Shown: one piece after another, positions 54,667 through 64,000 of the stretch | How positions within the stretch are numbered: position 1 is the stretch's first letter | Layout: each line of letters starts with the position of its first letter | From: Histomonas meleagridis 2922-C6/04-290x | Taxonomy: Eukaryota; Protista; Parabasalia | Length of the DNA stretch: 64,000 bases | Reading direction: 5' to 3' | Assembly: GCA_020184695.1 (NCBI GenBank) | Contig: JAANOX010000011.1 | Span: forward strand, 62,001 to 126,000 | Made by a program: the position numbers and the translations under genes | The notes under the pieces: model-generated | What the model was told of the DNA's origin: nothing | Seen by the model: the letters and a program-made list of their open reading frames with translations, nothing else | Databases searched by the model: none

Positions 54667-56063
54667 AAAAATATGTAAAAAGTGCTACTCAAATTTAAAA
54701 ACGTTCAAATTTCAGAAGAGGAGATTTTATAAAGTATTCAATTCCCACGATAAGAAATTTGTCATTGTGAAAAGAAATTTTGTGTGAGTACTAAAATTTA
54801 CAAACTTTTTGTGAATAAGATTTTACGGTTTTTCATCATCTGACTTCACCTACCAGAATCAAATATTTCTTTTTACAATTCATGTTTGCATGAATATTTT
54901 TAATTATTATCATAATACATATCGAAAGGTCCGTAGAAGCAGAAAACCCACTTTTTCTTCTTAGTTAAAACATTCGTTATGCTTCATTAAAAAATTACAT
55001 CGATGATTTTTGTAACATATACCTATTTTTGGTTTGTACATTTTTTATATATTTATTTTGAACTTGCTACTGATATATTATTAGGTTAACAAATTTCTTC
55101 CCAAGTATATTTTTGCTAGAAAAGAAGTGCTCGAACTTAGAAAATAAACATATTCTGGTAAATTTTTTAATCTTTATTAAATCCTTATAATTAATGACGC
55201 CAATTATTCCGGATTCTATAATATGAAAAACCCAATTCAACCCGTTTTGGGATAATTGAATGATATTGAAATTTACCATCGTATCAGCGAACAAATTATT
55301 ATACCAGTTAATTCCAACAAAACAAATAACATATGAGACTGATAGCTAATGGTCATATCAAAATTGATATGTTTAATTCAATAATGGCACTAAAAAATTA
55401 TCAAATTTAATCATTTCATAATTATAAATTTTGGATTTGGCAACTCGAAAAAATAAGAGCCAATTCATAATTTCAAAATTACATCAATACTTGAAAATTC
55501 AGTGATCAAAATTAAAGGAATTAAAACATATTTCGCTATAGATATTAACAGATGTATTTTAGAGAAGTCGATCATTTTAAACTCAAAAATCACATAAACC
55601 ATTGAATTAAAGATCAAAAAAAAATTCAAAATATTTTAATATATAATATATTTAAACATAATAAAACAATGTTTTTAAATATTACATATCTAATGTTATA
55701 TACTCATATTATATCTAAACTTTTTATTGAGGAAATATTCTTCAGGCTTGGATTATTAACGTTTTTTGACACATCACATTTTTTGTTTACAGAAATCCCA
55801 AATGATTTTGGGATATTTTTTTTTGCCCAGGGCTATATTTGAAAGTTGACATAAATACATTTTAATTTTTGTAAAACAATTTTTCTTTTTAACCGATAAG
55901 AACAGTGGATCTTTAAAAGGTTGTAATGTAATTTAGAAAATATTTTTTTATGAAAGTTTTTTCTGCGACCGTTTGTTTATATAACGTACTTTTTTTGTTA
56001 CATAATTCTTAAGAAACAATTATAAACGGCCATATTAAACTTTTTCAATTATGATAATGTCAA

Positions 56064-59000
56064 ATGAAAAATGGGGAAAAAGAATTAAAGAAATTTCTCA
56101 AATATGCGATAAAGAACTATAGCAAAAATGTAGACGATAAAAACATACTTGAAGAAGAACTAAAGTGCATACTTTCTGGGAAACCATATCTCATTCAAAA
56201 TCAAAATTACTTTTCAAAGCGAGAAAATCCGGTTGATAACCAAAGGAGCAATGTTTATAGCTTTTTCCATCAGCAACTATTAGATATTTGTTATGAACCT
56301 CAAACAATATGTGATGAACTGGAGATCAGATTGACACAGCTGAATGAGTTTTCTCGTTTATCAAATGAATTTTTTCAATACATGTCAAAGTTTATCTTTA
56401 ATGAAATCGTTACAATAATTATTGAAAATGAAAGTATTAAATTACTCACTGAAGAAATTTTTACTCTTCTTTTAGGTTATCCATTACTCACTTTAGATAA
56501 TGCGAAACGGATCGTCAAAAAATTTGAAAATACTTCATTCGCTCTCAAAGTTTTATATAAAACTTCAAAGTTGAACAGTGAAATAATTGAGAAAGATAAA
56601 GAAATTTTCGGCTTAATCTGCAAAAAGCTTCCAAACATTGATAACATTACAAACCAAGAAAATGAAATCCAAATGTATTATAAGCTTATCCAAATTAATC
56701 CAGACGAGATGATCAAAAAGATAAAACCATTTGCAAAATTTCTCTTTCATGAAATAAAATTTAAAACTGACCTAATGAAAAAAGAAGAGAATTTTGAATT
56801 ATATGCAAAGGAATACTTTAAATATCCAAATTTTTCTGAACTATTACAAGAAGGCCATTCAGCTAAGGTTGAGTTTATTATAAAAATTCTAAACAAATTT
56901 GTTTCCAAAGAACATCAAATACAATTTTTTAGAAAATATCTTGAAATAATAAATTTCAAATTAAGCGATCAACCTAGAGAAGAAAAAACTTATTATGGCA
57001 TCTTAATTTATTTATATATCTTATCTAAAACTTCAGTAACATTTGATGATTGTTTTGAATCACAATATAATGAACATAAAACCAAAATAATAAATTGTAT
57101 ATTTAATAAGAATTATGTTTTAGATGATATAAATGTTTTATTTAATATGATACGAATCACTTTCTTTGGCTTAATGAAAACAAAACAAATTAATAATAAT
57201 ACAATATATAATATTATTCAAGAGCATTTAGATGACAAAAGCAAACTTTTAAGAGAAGATATTACTCGATTTGATGTTGAAGAAGATAAAGAAATTTTTC
57301 GTATTTTTGAAAATGGATGTATCAAAAAGCTCAATACTAAAGATGATACAGATTGGTTCTTGGAACGTTTATATAACTTAGATTATACCAAAATAGAAAC
57401 TGATTATGTAGGACGTCTTAAAAACATTTTAAATATGCATAAAAATTATAAAGCATTAGAAATAATATTAAATTCGTATATTTATAAGCAACCAAAAACT
57501 GATGATTATAACGACATAATTTTAATTACTAAATATATTGGTGATAAATTAATTAATTCAAAAACTTATAATAAGATAATGACAGTGATTACTATGACAA
57601 ACTCATCATCATTTGATTATTATTTAATTAAAAGACCAATTTTTATATTATTTTTAATTCGAATTTTTGGCGAAACAAAATTTTTAATTGATTTCCTTAA
57701 CGGTCTCTACAAAAACTGTCTTGTTTCAATGGTTAACATCAAAAAGTGCAATAAAATAAACTTGGCAAAACTGTTTATTGAATTTTTAATAAAAGAAGAA
57801 GAAAAATGCGAAATTTCATTTGAGTATAATGAAAAAAAAGATGGACAGGAAGATAAAAATAAAAAACAATATGAATATAAATTATATATACCAAATGAAA
57901 TACGAAAAACAGTTTTAATTCCTTTAGTTATTACATTATTATCAACAGTAAATCATAGTATTAATATAAATTTAATACTAAATAATATTCACAAAAAAGA
58001 TATTTTATATATATTAAATGAATCATTAAAGAATTCACTAAAATATAAACGAAATCACATTAAAACATTAAATTCATATCAAAGTGAACGAAATGAATAT
58101 AAATTAAAGTTTAAATCCAAAACAATTTTTACTGTTTCATTTTGGCTTTGGATTGATGGTATTACATCAATAAAATACAAAAGCTCAACGATTCAATTAT
58201 TTTCATTTCTTAAGAAGAGTGAAGAAAAAAAATTGTTGTTAGACTTTTACATTAAAAAAGGTGTTTTATGTATTCGAAATGAAAAGAATCAAATCTTTAC
58301 ATTAAATGAAATTTATGATTTAAATAACATAAATAGTAATAACAGTAGTTTTAACAAATGGATTTACATTGTTATGAGTTTCAAATATGATTCAAATAAT
58401 AAGAAATGTCAAATTATTTCTAAAAAAATTAATAATAATAATGAAATTAATACTGAAATGAGTTCAGTATCATTTGATGAATTTGATCATTTTGTAATTG
58501 GAAATCGAATTGATTCGATTGGGCCAAAAGAATTTTATGGATTTATCAGTGACTTTTCTATCATTTTCAAAGATATAAGCGAAGACATTAAATATTTATT
58601 CAATAATCCATATACTATATTAGAATTCTCATCGCTTAATAAAGATATGTTAACATATATCTCAAAGAATGAACTTGAACAAAATTCTATATTAGATATA
58701 ATATTTAATGAAAACAATTTTCAATTATTTATTTATGCTATAACTAAAAGTGAATGTGATGTTGATAAATTAAATTTGATCAAATATTTAATAATTCCAG
58801 AAAAGTATCAACGAGTGATAAGTAATGATGAAAGTCGAATGAATTCATTTATTGGATTATTTTATAAACTTCGAACTTATAAATACGATACATATCTTTT
58901 GTTTTATGATATATATAATGTATTAAGTTTTAAGCCTATTAAAAATCGATTTCTTAAAGAAGTAATATTTAACATTAAATTATATACCAAAAAAAGTGAC

Positions 59001-60084
59001 ATTGTTACATTACATCACGTTTTATTACATATTAATACATTTATTATGCCTAATTATAATTGTAATGAAATTAACACATTAAATATCATTGATAATTTTG
59101 ATATTGGAAATTTTGAAGATAATGAAATTAAAAAATTAAAATATAAAATATTTATGAAGATTGAAATTCAAAAATTTCATGAGAAAAACATCGAATTCAA
59201 TAATCTTAAAAATCACAAAATATTTTATATTAAATTATATCGTAAAATTTTACCATATTTAGAACATAAATATTATACCAAAATTCTTGATAATTCATTA
59301 ATTGCATATCAAAGTAATCAAAACAAATCGATTATATATTTAATTCATGACATTACGAAACAAGAAAATTTTTATCAAGAAATTACGAAAATTATATTTT
59401 ATAATGAAAAATAAAAACATTCAAATTGACGAGGACAAAATTAACATCGATAAATATCCGAATCTTTTTTCATTATTAAGTTATCTTGAATTAAAATCTA
59501 TAAATAAACGAAACGAAAAATTATTTAATTTCTTTCGTGATTGTCGCGGGGATATTTGTTTAAATGGAAATTGGTATTTGTTTCCATTAATATTAAGTGT
59601 TCGTTTGATGTTAAATAATCAAACAACAGAAGCAGAATTGATATATAACTTTTTAGTGCATTATTCAAAAAATGATATAAATTTAATTCGAAAAATTATT
59701 TTAATATCGAAATTAATCGATTGGAATCATAAAATTAATGATGTTAATACTTTAATAAACAAATTTACAACACAGAACACAAATTTGTCTAATGATATTA
59801 ACCCATTACTTCATACTCATATAATAGAATTAAACCCAAAGTATCAGAATGAAATTAAAAGAAAATATGACTGCATTGGAATAGAAAATGGAAATTTCAC
59901 AATTTCAGCATTTTTCGCTTTTATAAATTTCGTAACTCCTTTCGTTAAGAAAAAACTGAAAATTGTTCCAGAAATAAAAGAAAATGATGAGTGCTTAGAT
60001 AATGAACTTAGTAGAATTAAAAAGGAATTAAATGCTGGAAGCAAATTTGTGAAATCGAACTGGTTTAATACAAATAAAGTATAA
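56064..60084 (+). CDS. Large helical protein with a ConA/LamG-like domain (BEACH-family-like N-terminus); one frameshift at ~59410
   Basis: FTVSFWLWIDG, KWIYIVMSF, FVIGN...FYGFISDF. ORFs 56064-59414 and 59347-60084 join by removing one A. Confidence 0.5.
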
Positions 60085-60574
60085 GTTTTTAAGTAAAAAA
60101 TAACTTTTGATTAATTGTTTATTATAACACCCGAAACGTGTTCATCTTAAATGCTCCAACCATCTAATGAATATCCAAAAGTTATTTTTATTCCAATTTT
60201 ATTGATCAAGTCTTTTTTTATCATTATAATGATATTGAACATCAAAACCACTGATTCATAAAATTTTTCCATATAATCACGAGGAGGATCATATCAATAT
60301 AAATGTACAAAATGATATTTAAATATATATAACTTTAAACAAAATAGGAGTTGCAATAACAACATCGTAAAATATTTTCGAAGATACACAAGATAGAAAT
60401 TTTTTTAACTGATACATCTGAAAGGTCAGTAAGAAATAAATGAAAGAAATATCTGTATTATAATTTTTATGAAAGATTTTTTTATTGTTTCTACAAAAAA
60501 ATTAATTTCTTGATAAAATTATATCATTAATAGCAATATCTATATTTTTAGATCAAAAATTAAAAAAAAATTCA

Positions 60575-60646
60575 GGGGCGATTCGGGAATCGAACCCGAG
60601 ACCTCTCGCACCCAAAGCGAGAATCATTCCACTAGACCAATCACCC
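60575..60646 (-). tRNA. tRNA-Pro(TGG)
   Basis: GGGTGAT/ATCGCCC acceptor stem, CTCGC-TTTGGGT-GCGAG anticodon arm, GGTTCGATTCC T-loop, downstream oligo-T Pol III terminator. Confidence 0.96.
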
Positions 60647-60907
60647 TTTCTGCATAAAAATAAAAACAGTAAATTTAATTTCAAATTCCATATCATGCAT
60701 CATCAAATCTTTCTCATGAATCATAACATATCTTAAAACAATATAACAAACTACATTAGTCCTATTGTTTACCAAGCTTGCTAAAGCCCATTTTCGTCAT
60801 ATGGTCTTTTTTGTGCAAGACAATGTCTTGCATAAATATTGACAATTTTTACTAAGTTTACATATTATCAAAAAGTTGGAAAAATTAAACGGCCTTCTCA
60901 CCCCAAC

Positions 60908-62338
60908 ATGATGAAGGTTACTAGAAAAGCAGAATTTGATTTACTTGACTGCTTTTTAATAATCCTTCTTTCATGTATATCATTTGGATCAAGGACATGG
61001 CAAATACATCATCCAACAGGACCTGTATTCGATGAAGTTCATTTTGGAAATTTCACAAATTGGTACACACAATCACAATTTTATTTTGATATTCATCCAC
61101 CACTTGCAAAACTGATAATGTTTTATTTTGCAAATCTTTCAGAGTATAATGGTGAAATGCGATTTAATGGTGTTTCACAATATTCACAAGATGATTATGT
61201 TCAATTGCGATTCACAAATGCATTTTTTTCTTCTTTTTGTGCACCACTCATTTATCTTTCACTTCGTTTTACACAAATAAGTCATGTTTGTTCATTTATG
61301 TCATCAATTCTAATACTCTTTGACACGTCAATGGCTACTGAAGGACATTTTATACTAAGTGATGGTATCCTTCATTTTTTTTGCTGTTTACATATTGCTG
61401 TTCTTTCGTACACTTTTTCATTACCAAAAGGAAAACGTTTTAACGTCTTCCACATCTTAAACGGTCTCACGCTTGGGTGTGCATGTTCTTGTAAGAACAC
61501 AGCATGGGGTTTAATGGCATTTGATGCATATGTATATATTATTCACTTTCTTCCGGTTTTTAAAACAGGATTTTTGGATTATTTATTCGAAATCTTCATA
61601 TATGGAGTTTCTCTTTTCCTTATTCAATTTATAGTTTATTGTCTTACGTTTTATATCCATTTTATAATCCTTCCATATGCAGGTCAAGGAGAAGGGTATT
61701 TACCAGAAAACATGAAATACAATCTCATCAAAAACTCTGGTCATGAAATTCAACTTTGGGGAAAGAGAATTGTCAGCCCTGGTCTTTTGTATCGATCAAT
61801 CAAACTTACACTTGTCATGCATAATGGCAACATGCAAATTACACAAAAACATCCATCACAGAGTTTTCCTGCCCAATGGCCTCTTTTGACAGGAGTTGAT
61901 GTATACTTCTGGGCACAAATGGGAGGACAACAGATTCGTTGCTACGGTAATTTCTTTGTTTATTATTTCGTGTTCATTGGTATCGTTGTGTCACTTTTTA
62001 CATTTAAATCAAAAAATTTTTTCATTTTACTCAGATTTACTGTTGGATGGGCAGTATGTTATTTTCCAATGTTCCTCATTCCAAGGTCATTATATTTGTA
62101 TCATTATTTGATTCCATTGATTTTCGGTTCAATGGCATTTGGCGCTGTAGTCGATTTAGTTAATCCAAAAATTAAAGGAATCATTGCACTCTTCTCATGT
62201 GCGCTTGTGATTTTTGGCTATTGGATATGGAGCCCTTATGTATATGGACTGAATATCCATGATCGTGAAATCATGGAATTGAATAAGAAATGGGTGAAAA
62301 TGATTCGTAGCTTCGGCGAAAAATTTAAATTTAAATAA
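60908..62338 (+). CDS. PMT: Dolichyl-phosphate-mannose:protein O-mannosyltransferase (GT39) lacking the MIR domain
   Basis: VFDEVHFG, FFDIHPPLAKL, FILSDGIL, CKNTAW, LYLYHYL; multiple TM helices. Confidence 0.85.
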   Translation: MMKVTRKAEFDLLDCFLIILLSCISFGSRTWQIHHPTGPVFDEVHFGNFTNWYTQSQFYFDIHPPLAKLIMFYFANLSEYNGEMRFNGVSQYSQDDYVQLRFTNAFFSSFCAPLIYLSLRFTQISHVCSFMSSILILFDTSMATEGHFILSDGILHFFCCLHIAVLSYTFSLPKGKRFNVFHILNGLTLGCACSCKNTAWGLMAFDAYVYIIHFLPVFKTGFLDYLFEIFIYGVSLFLIQFIVYCLTFYIHFIILPYAGQGEGYLPENMKYNLIKNSGHEIQLWGKRIVSPGLLYRSIKLTLVMHNGNMQITQKHPSQSFPAQWPLLTGVDVYFWAQMGGQQIRCYGNFFVYYFVFIGIVVSLFTFKSKNFFILLRFTVGWAVCYFPMFLIPRSLYLYHYLIPLIFGSMAFGAVVDLVNPKIKGIIALFSCALVIFGYWIWSPYVYGLNIHDREIMELNKKWVKMIRSFGEKFKFK

Positions 62339-62743
62339 ACTGTTTAAAATTGTTTATTTTATTTGGAGAGACATTTCAATAATTTGAACAAACAAATTAA
62401 TTTATAATTTTTTCTATATTTTTGTTTTTCCGTCGCTTTATAATTTTTTCTTTTTCTAATCGAACAGTTAAATATATGATTGAATTTAGTCATTTCAACA
62501 AAGAAAACACAGGTTGGGCACGAAAAATATCGAAAAATTTTGGGAAATGGTTTTCCCCTTCAGACAAACTTAGTCAATTCATTTTTGTCAAAATACATAT
62601 TTTGACACTTGAAAATTTTGACTATTGGGGAAAAAATCAAAGTTTTACTCAAATAGATACTCAACCAGAGTATATTTTGACATATAATCAAACCGTCATG
62701 TTTGGCAAAATTTGAATAAGTGCATCACTTCATTTTCACTCAG

Positions 62744-63498
62744 ATGCTTTCAGGTTCAATTGTTGATTCATATAACACATTAAACTGCAAGTACGCAAAT
62801 AATCCAAGGAAGAGCAATCGCCAAAAATTATTAAACACACATATCACAAAAATTATCATCGTGGTTGATAGAATTGTGCCAAAAGTACTTCGTCCTCTAA
62901 CTGATACGCTTTCATTCTGCCTTCCTGCTGTTGCTTCAACCGCAGGTCTTTCTCATGTATCTATTTGGGTTCCAAAAGGAGATTTTTTTTCGTATAAAGG
63001 TGTTTTAATTGAATATGGTGGATATGATGAAAGAAGAGAAGGCGATTACAAAGAACAGGTTCATTACTACAAAGGAACTGATGGATTAAGATTTATGAAA
63101 ATGCCAGTCATCATGATGAAATTGATGTTCACCACAAAAAAGATGAAGTTCGGTGTAACATTTTACATCCAATGACAATCGGTGAATTATTGGAAAGAGT
63201 AAATTTTCATGGTGATTGGGAAAAAGATGATTATGACGCAATTTTGCATAATTGCCAAACGTTTGTAACAAAGTGCATTAAAGTTCTTGGGGCATATCGT
63301 GACCAATTTGAACCAAGGTCGTATTGCAAAACATATATTCCATTTGGTATTCTTGACGTTTTGGAAAAACATGAAGGAGAGTTGGATCCTGTAACCAAAG
63401 GGATTCATACTGTAGAAAAGATTCCATTTTTCGGCGCACTTTTTTCTCTAGGTGGCATTTATGGCTCTACAATTTGTGATGCAATTACTGGTAAATGA
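62744..63498 (+). CDS. Permuted papain-like (PPPDE/DeSI-like) peptidase; one frameshift at an A run near 63135
   Basis: GLSHVSIW precedes YDAILHNCQTF (His before Cys). ATG 62744 follows TCATTTTCACT. Adding one A joins ORFs 62720-63175 and 63172-63498. Confidence 0.55.
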
Positions 63499-64000
63499 CT
63501 TACTTTATAATAGCAATAAATAAAAAGCATCGGATCCCTAACAATTTTACTGCTTTCAGAAATGGTTTGAAATTTTTTTTCTTGATTAACATTTCTTATA
63601 ATAAAATTCAATAACATTAATGTTATTAAAAGGAACATTTATATAATATTATATTAAAAGGAACATTTTGATCCCTAAGGTGGGATCCTTGAATAAAAGT
63701 TTTACTTTTGATGAAAGGAATACATTAATTTCAAAAATATTATGTAATATGTTGTATGACAATTTAAAATTTATTTTCATTTTACATTATAGAAAAATAT
63801 TTTTAATTATATAGAAATATATAAATTCATTCTTTCCTAAGATTAAAACATTTTATTTTAACGAATATATGCATTACCATGAGAAACTTATCTTTCTATT
63901 ACACATTCTGCATTGCGAAGGCGTGATGCAAGGATTCTCGCCCACTTCAAAGTAAGGGAAACGTGATCCGTTTGGATATTTCTGCAAATTCAGCTCAAGA

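Noticed and set aside
63520-63690. Short GGATCC/GATCCCTAA and TATTAAAAGGAACATTT repeats as transposon ends
   Set aside because: No clear TIR-TSD pair within the window; could be chance in AT-rich DNA.

Overview
AT-rich, gene-dense eukaryotic DNA, most consistent with a parabasalid protist (Trichomonas/Tritrichomonas/Histomonas-like). The assignment rests on nearly intronless genes, TCAYT initiator and M3-type core-promoter motifs, one canonical GTATGT...ACTAACACATAG intron, BspA-like LRR proteins, DUF3447-type ankyrin genes and a Bacteroidetes-like coaBC. Housekeeping genes include a U2AF65-like protein, a UBL-UBA protein, a Sec7 ARF-GEF, enolase, a PH-AGC kinase, an HMG box, PUF, Ras, an Hsp70-like protein, TAF2, Sec11, RPL21, dynamin, BTB, a CAMK kinase, PMT and tRNA-Pro. 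The top finding is the ankyrin gene at 34609-37959 (-). Each ~30-codon ankyrin unit is intact, but units are separated by AT-rich spacers with stops. Nine of the 12 spacers are exactly 80 nt (not a multiple of 3), they lack GT-AG ends, and they share an AATAATATTTGG-like motif ending exactly 21 nt before the next unit. The same architecture recurs at two other loci, which suggests an unrecognised non-canonical intron or excision/bypass system. Also found: a 1851-bp non-autonomous Mutator-like element (32-bp TIRs, 9-bp TSD), a mosaic BspA cluster with an inverted copy, and a 12-bp perfect hairpin in the canonical intron. All family calls come from motif recognition by eye; no database searches were run. 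Several single-base homopolymer frameshifts may be assembly errors.
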